Assembly (NCBI GenBank): GCA_964016885.1
Contig: OZ024741.1
Span: 125,178,001 to 125,242,000 of the forward strand
Length of the DNA stretch: 64,000 bases
Reading direction: 5' to 3'
Origin: Eledone cirrhosa
Taxonomy: Eukaryota
Below are positions 12,785 to 24,890 of the stretch, piece by piece (the first letter of the stretch is position 1; each line of letters begins with the position of its first letter). Below the pieces are notes generated by a model that saw only the letters and a program-made list of their open reading frames with translations, did not search any database and was not told the DNA's origin. The translations under genes and the position numbers were made by a program.

Positions 12785-13724
12785 AAAATGAATACAAAGA
12801 GTTTAAAACCGTTAAAACATGTTTATATAATAGTGCGCCTACGTACGTTTCGCCCTAAGCGGCCTTATCAAGGCATGGAAAGCAAAATAATGATCAATAT
12901 AGGACCCAGGAGGGAATTCACAGTTAAATTAACATCATCATTCATTTTTCCCTCTGTGCATGTGTTTTTATTATCACAGAGCAGGGGAGTAACTCTGGCC
13001 GGTGTTCAAGCAATCAGTCCCCTGTGGCTTTTTATGCCTGTTCATATGCTGGTGTTTAGCATCTTTATATTATGTGTGTTGTTTCACTAGTGCCAGTACA
13101 GGTCGGGTCTGGGGTGTCCATTCTTTATTTAGTGGATGTTGCTTCACTAACGTTTGTTCGAGTATGGTCTGCGGTGTACATTTGGTTCCCAGATGTTTGT
13201 TCGTACTGCCTGTCCACCGGTGTTATGGTTCGGGCATGGGGACCCAGTTCGTAGTTTTCATGTCACAGTCGCCTCCCAGGCAAAATACGACGCCTGTACC
13301 CGGTGTTTACAATTAATAACTGATTCTTCTCGGGGTGTTCATATGGGGTGTTCTTATGATGTAGTACAGCTCCACAAGGCAGAGCTGTAATTTCCCCCTG
13401 AAGTTGTAGGGTGCAGCCCTACTCCCAGTGTGTGGAGAAGCTTATGTTGGCGTCTTGCAGTGTGGTGATGTAGTTGGCAAGCGATGTGGAGTGCCTTAAT
13501 TTTTTGTTCCTGAAAGAGTGGAGATGCGTTCTAAATCTCGTTTTAAACTGGCCAGAGGTGGCTCCTTTATAGTGTTTAACTCCGCTATGTCTAGTTACGG
13601 TGCACCTATGAATAACCTTATCAGTCAGGCAGGCAGTTTCCCCTGAGGGGAAAAATGAATGATGATGTTAATTTAACCGTGAATTCCTTCCTGGGTCCTA
13701 TATTGATTATTATTTTGCTTTCCA

Positions 13725-13767
13725 TGCCCTTGATAAGTCCGCTTAGGGAGAAACGTACGTAGGCGCA
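13725..13767 (+). ncRNA. Type I HHR in the 5' pLTR, U3-A8 core variant
   Basis: TGCCC-TTGATAA-G-TCC-GCTTAG-GGA-GAAAC-GTAC-GTA-GGCGCA. Confidence 0.7.
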
Positions 13768-14035
13768 CTATTATATAAACATGTTTTAACGGTTTTAAAC
13801 TCTTTGTATTCATTTCCTTTATAATCGCTCTGCTTATTTTTTCTCGCCCACTAAATATTGGCGCCTCTAATATTTAACCCTGTAGGCACGAGTATTGGGC
13901 ATACATGAATAAACTATTGGCAACTAAATATATGTATCGACCATCTTTCCATTTTCCTCTCTCTCTCTCTCGATACCTAATCATCCTATTAACGTGCTCC
14001 TTATAGTAGAGCACCATACTTTATTTGCCATTACG

Positions 14036-16866
14036 ATGGAGAATCAACCGTTACTCATGTCTCTCAAGTGTATCCCACTACCTAGCAGAGAAACATACCT
14101 CAAGCAGCTTATAGACGCCACTAACTCGTTTATACGGAGAGTAAGATGGATGGCCTACTACCTCGATAAGAACAACTGCAACCGTTCAGAACCTATAGAG
14201 AGATACGGCTTTAAAACATACCGAAACCCACCACACAACACCCTGCTGGACCGCTTTGAGGAAGACCTGCTAAAACTGATAAAAAACATCAAGTTTAAGA
14301 GTAAACGCCAAGGCAGTAATCCATTCTAACATCCCTGGATGCACTCCTTACCAGAATCAAGAAGGACCCACACTTCTTCGTTACCTCTGACAAAACCAAG
14401 AAGCTGTATAAGATGGACGTGAGCAAGTACAAACATTTCATTTATAAGGAACTACATAAAAACTATAAGAAAACACCAACTAGCACTTTAAATGACATAA
14501 ATAGGGTAGGGAAGGACATAGTTACTAGCCTACACATAGATAAGTACACCAACCCATATGTACCTATGACACCTAGATTCTCTCTTAAGGATCACAAATG
14601 TAACTTTAATGAAAACCCCTCTATTAGACTTATATGCCCATCTACTTCGGATATAGGTAAAATTAGTAAAGTGATCCTAGATAGAGTACTACTAGAACTT
14701 AATAATAAAGCCAAGATCTGTCTCTGGAGCAGCACCGACCAGGTCATTAACTGGTTCACAGAGTTACCTGATAAAACAACTCTCAAGTTCATACAGTTTG
14801 ACATAGATGGCTACTATGCATCTATCTCCCCCATACTCCTCAATAAAGCGCTTATCCTAGCTAAGTCTAATACTAGCCCCACTAGGAAAGAGAAAGATAT
14901 TGTGCTCGCAGCGCGTAGAACTATTATCAAGTTCGATGGCTCCTACTGGACCAGAACCAACCGTCCTGATAACTTTGATATCACAATGGGGTCCAGCGAC
15001 TCGGCGCAAGTAACCGATCTGGTCGGGATATACCTCCTCCATAGAATTAGGGACGAGATACCGGCCCTACAGGGCGGGGTATATAGGGACGATGCCCTGT
15101 TTACCGGGCGAAGCCACAGCCCCCGCAGGATAGAGAACCTTAACAAGCGTATACACAGGTTCTTTAAGACATATGACCTATCAGTGACCATGGACTTCAA
15201 ACGCCAAATAGTCAATTTCCTAGACGTAACCCTGGAGATGAGTACGGGCCTATACAAGCCATACCATAAGCCCGGTGAGATCCTGTCCTATATAAACTAT
15301 GCATCTAACCACCCGAAGTCTACTCTCAACTCCATAGTATATAGCATATCCCATAGGATCTCGAGGCTCTCCGCCAATGAATATATCTTCAACCAAGCGC
15401 CAGAATATTACAATAAGGCTTTACTAAATGCCGGTTTTAACCGGAAAATATCCTACATCCTTAACGCTAGCTCTAGAAACCAACCCCAACGTAGGACTAA
15501 TGTTATAGTGAGCCATATCTATAACAGAGCACGCTACAGCCATATCAGCGTCAAGAACTATAGTATAGAGAACCACACTAAGAAACTTGGCCACACCGTT
15601 AATTACATGAGTGGCGACCAAGACAACCGACAGTATGGTAAGTGTTACCCGATTGGTAGCGCCACCCGCTGCAGACTATTAGAGTTATTCCCTAACTATA
15701 AGACCAGCAACTGCGGCGGCCTATTACCAACACCCTCCAACCCGCGTCTAGCCACACATAGAAAGTACAGAGGTAAGGCGCCCCCACCTGAACATAAAGT
15801 AATGGGGACGCATAACTGGCTACAGCACAGGAACAACCGTAAGTACTGTCAACTAGAAAGCACAACCTGTAGCAAACACACTGTAAAGCAGAAACGCCAC
15901 CGTAATATCATATGGTTCCACACCCACACACCCCTACTCTCGGAGTGTGGCCTCCGACGTACCGAGGATATTCTTCGAAGCCTTGGAGAGAAATTTCCCA
16001 CCTAATCATAAATACAGAAAAATACTTAACAGGAACAATATCAAAATATCCTTCTCTACCACTCTCAATCTAGCTGACATCATAGGAGCAACTAATCACA
16101 GTAAGATTAACAAAACACTACATCTTAGCACAGATACATCTAGACCTGACAACAACACTAATAACCTTAACATCCCCCTACCATCACCAAATATGGTGGA
16201 TGACTGCCCCGGCAGACGAAACCCACGTAACAAGGGCGTGATTGGAGAATATACCGGCGACCCACACGCGTCACCCACCGGCATCAGAACGGGCTGCGGC
16301 GTGCGGAATAATAATGGTACAACACCGCACGCCTTGAGAGATAACAGTACCAATGACAGAGTTAGAGACATAGATAAAAACATAGATAGCAATAGTAATA
16401 GCTTTACTTTAGGAACTAGGAGCGACTGTGACGGAAAATGCAACTGTCGTGACAGGGGAGTCTGCCCTCTCAGGGGAAACTGCCTGACTGATAAGGTTAT
16501 TTATAGGTGCACCGTAACTAGCCATAGCGGAGTTAAGCACTATAAAAGAGCCACCTCTGGCCAGTTTAAAACGAGATTTAAAAAGCATCTCCACTCTTTC
16601 AGGAACAAAAAATTAAGGCACTCCACATCGCTTGCCAACTACGTTACCACATTGCAAGACGCCAACATAAGCTTCTACACACACTGGGATATTGTCAGTA
16701 GGGCTGCACCCTACAACTTCAGGGGGAAATGCCAGCTCTGCCTCATGGAGCTGTACTACATCATAAGAACACCCCATGTGAACACCCCGAGCAGAATCAG
16801 TTATTAATTGTAAACACCGGGTACAGGCGTCGTATATTTTGCCTGTGGGGCGACTGTGACATGAAA
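14036..16866 (+). pseudogene. PLE polyprotein (RT plus C-terminal GIY-YIG endonuclease), about 3 frameshifts
   Basis: Motifs SDKTKKLY, FIQFDIDGYY, ITMGS, YRDDAL, VNFLDVTL, YINYASNHP, RNIIWF, CNCRDRGVCPLRGNC, VIY..HYK(R/G)AT..FKTRF..H..SF, CQLCLME, N(T)REESVINCKHR. Frameshifts near 14325, 15920 and 16785. Confidence 0.88.
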
Positions 16867-17247
16867 ACTACGAACTGGGTCCCCATGCCCGAACCATAAC
16901 ACCGGTGGGCAGGCAGTACGAACAAACATCTGGGAACCAAATGTACACCGCAGACCATACTCGAACAAACGTTAGTGAAGCAACATCCACTAAATAAAGA
17001 ATGGACACCCCAGACCCGACCTGTACTGGCACTAGTGAAACAACACACATAATATAAAGATGCTAAACACCAGCATATGAACAGGCATAAAAATCCACAG
17101 GGAATTGATTGCTTGAACACCGGCCAGAGTTACTCCCCCTGCTCTGTGATAATAAAAACACATGCACAGAGGGAAAAATGAATGATGATGTTAATTTAAC
17201 CGTGAATTCCCTCCTGGGTCCTATATTGATCATTATTTTGCTTTCCA

Positions 17248-17290
17248 TGCCCTTGATAAGGCCGCTTAGGGCGAAACGTACGTAGGCGCA
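17248..17290 (+). ncRNA. Type I HHR in the 3' pLTR, U3-A8 core variant (third copy on minus strand, 12834-12875)
   Basis: TGCCC-TTGATAA-G-GCC-GCTTAG-GGC-GAAAC-GTAC-GTA-GGCGCA. Confidence 0.72.
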
Positions 17291-17507
17291 CTATTATATA
17301 AACATGTTTTAACGGTTTTAAACTCTTTGTATTCATTTCCTTTATAATCGGTCTGCTTATTTTTTCTCGCCCACTGAATATTGACGCCTCTAATATTTAA
17401 CCCTGTAAGCACGAGTATTGAGCACACATGCATAAACTATTGGCAACTAAATATATGTATCGACCATCTGTCCATTTTCTTCTCTCTCTCGATAGCTAAT
17501 CATCCTT

Positions 17508-17643
<136 letters not shown>

Positions 17644-18488
17644 AAAAATAAAATTTCGCTCTACATAGTTAAATACAATAAATGTAATCTGAGTTTTTCG
17701 AATATTAATAATAATATTCGATTCGTTTGCAATTATGCAAACAAGCCTCAATTTTATAGCCATGTCAGTAGAATGAACACTTCATTCTTGCTCTTATGTT
17801 GGCATGCGAACAGAACTGCAGACACTAATGTTTCTGGGTATCACCCTTCATCAGTACAGCTCACTGTTCACCTGCCAAACTGTCAGAGCAAGTGAAAATA
17901 TATGCTATTTTCAAAAATACGCAGTGACTGATCGACCTCATTTACATATTAGCAGACTGGCTGATCAGTCATATCTATATATATATATATATATATATAA
18001 TGTTAATGATCTGTAGTTGAATGTATAAATGTCGATTTAATAAGGTATATCTTGTATTGAGTAGGAAATATGTCTATATGCTTTGGGGAAATATAATATA
18101 ACTTGCATAATTAGGCAACAGATGTGTACCTGTGTTGCATATGACATAAAGATTAGAAATAATATATTTATCACATATCTGCCATGATATAATCAGAAAT
18201 GAAAGGTGTTGGTGTGAACATCTAGAATGTCTGGAAACTATTGTTACTTTACAGTTATTTCTTCAACATTAATGACAGAATTAAAAATAGCATCGTTTTA
18301 GCCTGGTTAGTGAATGAACACACATGCACACATTATCGCACATACGCACATGCACGCACGCCCACACACAATTGCACATGCGTATAAACTTAATAATACA
18401 CATCTACACACACACTATTGCATATACAAACAGACATATATACACACACACTATTGTACATACACATAAATACACTAATACACACCTA

Positions 18489-18670
18489 GGCAGTATCGGT
18501 AGAGGGTCGGACGTCATGCTTTGACGTATAGAGTTACGGCCCTTGCCATTCTGAATTCAAATCCCGCCGAGGTTAACTTTGCCTTTCATCCTTACGGAGT
18601 CGATAAAATAAAGTACCAGTAATGCACTGGGTTATTGTTGGCCTTGTGCCAAACTTAGAAACAATTATTA
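18489..18670 (+). mobile_element. SINE family A
   Basis: Head, core and tail match the other copies. It interrupts an older (CA)-rich repeat. Confidence 0.85.
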
Positions 18671-18833
18671 CATATATACACTACACATAAACATACAAAC
18701 AAAATCACATAGCACCCACACATACACAGAGAGAGAGACACACTGTTGAACATACACACAAGATTGGCCACTACATACACACACATACATGCATACATAA
18801 GAAGCAGCACCACCACACTTACAGTTATAGACA

Positions 18834-18923
<90 letters not shown>

Positions 18924-18924
18924 G

Positions 18925-19100
18925 CGATGAACGAACAAAACACAAGAGACAATTGTACAGTTATATTAGGTTCAGGTTTAGTGGAAGTGGAGGAGGTTTC
19001 AACGTTTCGGACATACGTCCTTCATCAGGCAAGTTCGGATAGGGGGAGAACAGGAACTCCGAGAGGGAGTAAGGAGGGTTTTAAGGAGGGAAGTTAAAAA
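18925..19100 (-). mobile_element. PLE pLTR remnant with a minimal HHR (19001-19029)
   Basis: Minus strand reads CCTGATGA-A-GGAC-GTAT-GTCC-GAAACGTT. The downstream CCTCCTCCAC..TGAACCTAATA is shared with 12560-12715. Confidence 0.6.
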
Positions 19101-19382
19101 GTAACAATATATGATTCATTAATCTAGTATGTGTTAGTTAATTACCGTCACTTAGTATGCAGGGTAGAGCGCTCGACGAAGTGCGCAAGTGGATCTGTTT
19201 ACTCTGGGGTATATTTAAAAACAAGAAATGTAAGTTAACAGGTTAAAATTAATTTCGATTATTCATAGTCGCTGCTATATCTGATGAGGTCATAGCTGTT
19301 GCATGACTGTTATCACCGAAATATATATAACAGCAACTATAAATAAACGAAGTTAATTTTAACCTGTTGACTTCCACTTCTT

Positions 19383-19444
<62 letters not shown>

Positions 19445-19525
19445 TGATGGTTCAATTCCAGTCTTGGCAGTCAAGACTCGAATTGAACCATCAGCAAATT
19501 TGAGGTATGTCATTCATCAATTTAC

Positions 19526-19593
19526 ATATTTTATCTGATGAGGACGTACTGAAAAAACAGTAGAGTACCTCCGAAATCTATGTAATAAAATAT
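19526..19593 (+). ncRNA. Type I hammerhead ribozyme motif
   Basis: 9-bp stem I ATATTTTAT/ATAAAATAT, core CTGATGA, stem II GGA-CGTACT...AGTAC-C-TCC, then GAAA-T-CTAT-GTA. Confidence 0.75.
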
Positions 19594-20352
19594 ATTTTGA
19601 TTATGTGAATGTCTATATTTATTAATATTTTGAATTAATATTAATAACTCCAGAAAACCTCACTGTTGAGTGCTTCTAATCTATTTAAAACTATATTCAT
19701 TGATTAATCAATGAACCTTGTTTAACTTTTGGTTAGATATATATATTGTTATATTTGAGGATGGTCATGTTTCCATTATTGCCAATAAAAGATACAAAAG
19801 CACCATATGATTTTCACTTTTTCGCATTACCTTTATTACTAGTTATTCATTCTGGAAGCTCCTCAATGACTATCTGTTATATTGTTTGCCTCTTTTTTTC
19901 TGGTTTAATTTAGAACTTTGATGAACTAAACAATAACTAGTAATAAAGATCAAGTGAAAATGTAAAGATCAATAGTGCATGGAGATTTTGTTGGCAATTC
20001 TGACAACATGACCATCCCCAAATATAACAATATCGTACTTACATGCACACACACTCTTTTACTCACATATACACACACATTTCTTCTTAGCTTCGTACGT
20101 ACCTATAATAACACACACACACATGCTTACGCATGTGCTCAAGTATAGCTCTTTTTACAAAACGGTTTTTTTCCACTTCAGTAGATGCGCTCCATCATCC
20201 ACTTTTCTAAAAAAACAAATCATACACAAAACGCCAGCACCAACAGCTTTGCCAGAGATGTCAACATGAATGCACCTGTTATTTTTATCTGAAGACATTT
20301 TTGTTCAATTCCACCCCACCTGTCCCCTCAATCTATTTTATTTCTCATTCTT

Positions 20353-20388
20353 TCTTCTGATGACGGACTATAGTCCGAAACGTTAAGA
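20353..20388 (+). ncRNA. Minimal type I HHR motif in a PLE pLTR remnant
   Basis: TCTT-CTGATGA-C-GGAC-TATA-GTCC-GAAAC-GTT-AAGA. Confidence 0.75.
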
Positions 20389-20489
20389 CCCTCTTCCTGC
20401 TATATCAAGCGTTAAGCTAATATATCCCTTCCATATACTGTACCGATTGTGTTGTTATTTCTGTTTACCTTTTACGAGAGAGAGAGAGA

Positions 20490-21436
20490 TCTTTCTTTAT
20501 CTGTGCCAAGAAATGGGATATTGTAAGACGTGACGGCGGGGGTTTAACATAAAAAGTGTGTAAACTTCAACATTGATAAATTAAAATAAACTATGTATTA
20601 AAATAAAATAACAATCGAAATCACCAATACAGGGTAACGATACTGCGGGGTTGTTTTATACCCCGTAGATAGAACAACCCTCAACACCAAGAGCACATTT
20701 TGTAAGTGTTCCCGTCTTCCTCAACCAACAGGTTTATATACAAAGAAGTTCCATTCTCTCGGGCCCTTTTCGCCACCCACCCCCCTTTCAGCGAATTTAC
20801 TGGGGGGCAGCACCTCTCTCTCTCTCTCTCTCTCTTCTCACCTTTTTTCTGAAGTGGTATTTAACGAAGGGGATGAGTTGTTATCCGGAGAGGAAGGTGT
20901 TTGCCCTCAATCCTTTCAACCGCGTCCACCATATTATCTCTTTCGCCATAGGCATCAGACAGAGGAAAACCGCCTCTCCTTCATTCTTAAATGAAGGCGG
21001 TGGGGTGACCCTCACGGTGGACTCGGCTGACAACTGCATGTGTTCCATACGTGACAGTAGCTGTTCGACATAATTCCACAGGTCAGTCACCCCCTGAGTA
21101 TTGAACAATTGCGTGCAGAACGGTTTCGATGTCCTGCTCGCATCTTGGACAGGTCCTTTTGGCAGGATCCCTGACAGGGCGCCCGTGCCTGTAGATTTTG
21201 TTTCGAACTGGTAGAGCTCCTCGGTAGCACTGCCAGGCCAGATACCTCTAGAAGTTATCCATAAGCCCTGGACGGAAAGTCCTCCAGAACAGACTGGCCA
21301 GTACGTCCTCTTCGATGCCCAGACCCTCCCCGAGAGCGTCGTTGTACTTATCCTCCACTAATCCCCTATAGAATGTGAAGTTTCAGCTGATTGCCGTTTC
21401 CGCTAGGTAGAAGGTTGTGAGTGCCTGAGCGCACTC
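20490..21436 (-). mobile_element. 5'-truncated Tx1/L1-type LINE (ORF2 C-terminus plus 3' UTR)
   Basis: LWNYVEQLLSR..PPPSFKNEGEAVFLCLMPMAKEIIWWTRLKGL aligns with ORF 37484-37831 of the full-length element. It ends ATAAAGAAAGAT followed by (CT)n. Confidence 0.85.
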
Positions 21437-21448
21437 AGATAGATAGAT

Positions 21449-21649
21449 ATCTTTCTTTATTTGCCACAAGAGCGTACAAAAATGGGACATTACAAGACGT
21501 GCCGGCGGGGGTTTTACATAAAAATCTTTAACATTAATGAATAACAATAAACTATATACCTCGGCGGGATTTGAACTCAGAATTGCAAGGGCTGTAACTC
21601 CATGCGTCAAAACATGGCGTCCGACCCTCCACCGATACTGCCAATCCAC
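21449..21649 (-). mobile_element. SINE A head joined to a Tx1 3' tail
   Basis: 21649-21559 is the SINE head up to CCCGCCGAGG. 21558-21449 matches the last ~105 nt of the Tx1 3' UTR at 20490-20600. Confidence 0.6.
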
Positions 21650-22306
21650 AGTCTGCTGGCAGCAATGTTTATAGTACGATGGTTCTTTGTTAAGTGATGA
21701 TTAGTTATTATATACATATAGATTTGCTAGTGTTTATCTATTTGATTTTGTTTGGTTTAGTATTTTGTTTTGTTTTTTCTAGTTTTTTTGTGTTTGTTCT
21801 TTTGTTTGTTTTTGTTTGGTTTTGTTGTTGTTTATTGTGTGTTTTTTCCTTCTTTCTTTAAGCAAAATATCTGTCAGAACATAATCGTGAATGAACGGGA
21901 ATGTAATTCTGACATTAATGATCTAGCAAGGAATTAAGCCATAGCCTCTCAGTGCTAAACTTTTGCTATTGCAGACGCTATGAACCAGAGATTCCATCAA
22001 TGGATTTCTTTACCAGGCACACATTTCTAATGAAGCTATTGTTTACAAAACTATGGCGGAAATTGTATGAAAAAACAAAGAAGAGTGTATAGTAGAGTGC
22101 AATGTAGTGTAGTGTGGTGTAGTGTTGTGTGGTGTAGTGTGGTGTTGTGTGGTGTAGTGTGGTATGGTGCAATGTAATATTGTGTAGTGTCATGTGGTGT
22201 AGTGTAGCGTGGTGTGGTGTAGTGTAGTTTAACTTTTACTTACAGAGTATCAGATGGCTATACATAGAAACGTCTATACATATATATCTATGTGGTTGTT
22301 GTCTGC

Positions 22307-22356
<50 letters not shown>

Positions 22357-22400
22357 CTTGCAAGGTTTTTTTTTTATATGAAATCGTGTGTTGAAACAAA

Positions 22401-22765
22401 TATTGTTATATTTGTGGAGGGTTATATTGTTATAATATTGCCAGAAATAATAATAAAACACACTCACTGTTTGGTTGAGGTTGGTTTTCGCTCCTGTATC
22501 TTTTATATCTCCAAAGTTAATTTATCTGTAGAGGTCCGACGAGCTTTTGATTCCAGAGTCGGGCTAGATCGATACAGATCGAACCTTGAGCTGATCAATA
22601 GCGAAACGTGCGTCACCAATCAATAAACGTAATGAAGGCTTAACAAATCGTCCTTGTATTATTATATTACACTCTGTCTTGCTCTACACCTCGCCACTGA
22701 CTTGAACCTAAACATCGAGGGCTCACCCGGGTGAACCTACAGTAACTTCACGTTACACTCCCTGG
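22401..22765 (+). mobile_element. Probable PLE pLTR remnant with a long-stem-II HHR-like motif (22533-22617)
   Basis: GGT-CCGACGA-GCT..TTGAT...ATCAA-TAGC-GAAAC-GTGC-GTC-ACC. It ends at (TA)n. Confidence 0.5.
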
Positions 22766-22963
22766 ATATATATATATATATATATATATACCTGTTGAAC
22801 CGGCAAGAGCTCAACCATCGGGCCCAGCTTCATACTAATAAATATTGTCATGCTCTACTATTCCATGTATCGAGTACTCTGTTGAATACTAGTCTAACTA
22901 GATTAAAACTTGTTCTGTCCTGATATATAGATATATGTGTGTGTATGCATATACAGGTATAAT

Positions 22964-22994
<31 letters not shown>

Positions 22995-23221
22995 ATGTGC
23001 GTGCGCGCGCGCATATAATACATTTGTGTAAATATATGTGTATGTATATAAATATCTGCATGTTTTCTATATATGTATATATGTATATGTATGTGTGTCC
23101 GTGTGTCGGTGTGTGCGTGCGCGCGCGCATATAATACATTTGTGTAAATATATATGTATGTGTGTAAATATATGCATGTTTTTGTATATATGTATATATA
23201 TGTGTATGTGTCCGTGAGTCA

Positions 23222-23288
<67 letters not shown>

Positions 23289-24639
23289 TGTCACTGTGTG
23301 TGTCACTGTGTGTGTCACTGTGTGTGTATACATACATACGCTTGGTTCTTAATCTTAGTAAATCGAACAAACTGATGTAGATACAATTGTACCAAGGAAA
23401 CAGTCATTGGGTGGTAGAAAACATGCCGGAAGCCTAGTTGCAGCCGACTGTGATACTAGATACATCAACATCAACAACCTCCATTGATATTTCATACTCT
23501 GCTAACAATGTCCTGCAACCACGTATATTTATTTTTGGGGGACATCATTAGAGTATAGAAATGATTTTATAGTCGATACCAGTCATGGAGTTAATTGTAA
23601 TTTTGTTTGTTTGTAATAATTTGAAAATACATAATGTATAGAAATGCTCTTTGAGTCATTCCATTCATTTTTTTAGATTTGTGAGGAAAATGTTTTAAGA
23701 ATATTTTTTATGGCATCTTATCATCCATATTTAAAGAAAACAATGTTTCAAAGAACTTCACGCTTAATTATCACGATTCATTAAAATTAAATATATGGAA
23801 AAATAATAAAAGTAATTACAAAACTTAATAAGCTCATATGATAGGAAAATAAGAAAAAACATTATTAATCGTGATGGTTTCCGCAATGTTTGTTGTTTAC
23901 AAAGTTCTTGACTACCGGGTTTCAAAATACTTTTTAATGTTATGAATAGCTATGTGAATAAATAACTTCAGGAATTAGAGACACACAATACTTCGCAAGG
24001 CCAGCATGAATCTTTAATGTCACGAAAATACTTGACATTTAAGATTTACTTCACCCAGTTCCGCATTTTTTGCAATAAAGTCAATAAAACAGTAACACAT
24101 TTAAATTGAATTATTCAAAGCATTCATTTGTTTAAGGCTCGACACACCCTATGAACGTTGGACACCATCTATTGACATTAACGCCTCCTGTCCAAGGCTA
24201 TATTTGAATAATTTCCTTTTAAATGAAATTATGTTTGCCTATATTTACAAACTGTTGGTTCTGTTTTTGAAATACCATTAGTTTCCAGAACATCCTTTTT
24301 GATGACTTAAATTATATATATATATATGGGGGGGGGGTGTATATAATATATGATCGTGTGTGCATGTGTGTGTGAAAGACAGTGTGTGTCTGTGTATGTT
24401 TGTGTGTAGGTGTGGGTGTGCGTGCGTGCCTGCGTGTGTATGTGTGTGTGTGCGTGCGTGCGCGTATGTGTGTGTTTGTGTGTGGTTGCAACATAACCGT
24501 TTACAATGTTCGAATACGAATCGACAGAATCCTAGACCTCATTCACCTACTGAATGGGATGGTACTCGTGTGATCGAATCAAGGAAACAATGTTTCCATT
24601 GGTATTTCCAGTTGCTAACGGTCGCAACTCCTGGCAGAC

Positions 24640-24890
24640 GGAACAACGCGAAATAAAGTGTCTTGCTGATTGACATAACCCATGCCCAGCTCTAGAATTG
24701 AACTCGCAACCTCACACTTGTGAATCCAATTCTCTAACCCTAAACCACGCACCTTCATAACCAATAGGTGGTCCCAGGCTAGATCCCATTACCTGGCATA
24801 TTTGGCAAGTATCGTTTACCATAGCCTCGAGTCGTCCCATAAATTGTGAGTGAAACTATGTAGACGGAAACTGTTTAGAAGTCCGCCCAA
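24640..24890. mobile_element. Two old tRNA-SINE remnants back to back (family B-like; related copies at ~6470-6600, ~40030-40200, ~47170-47300, ~60385-60680)
   Basis: Shared motifs GGCAAGT..TAGCCTCG..TTGTGAGTG..GTAGACGGAAACTG..GAAG, plus a minus-strand B-box-like GAGTTCAATTC. Confidence 0.5.

Larger units (their letters stand above)
12779..17506 (+). mobile_element. Penelope-like retroelement, probably Hydra clade: inverted 3' segment plus 5' pLTR plus RT/GIY-YIG ORF plus 3' pLTR, inserted in (TA)n
   Basis: 12779-13648 is the reverse complement of ~16467-17345. 13645-13987 is a direct copy of ~17169-17506. (TA)n lies on both flanks and each pLTR carries an HHR. Confidence 0.9.

Noticed and set aside
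14036-16866. Naiad-type selenoprotein PLE or telomerase
   Set aside because: The endonuclease is C-terminal, the zinc-binding positions are Cys codons, and the ORF breaks are frameshifts rather than in-frame TGA.
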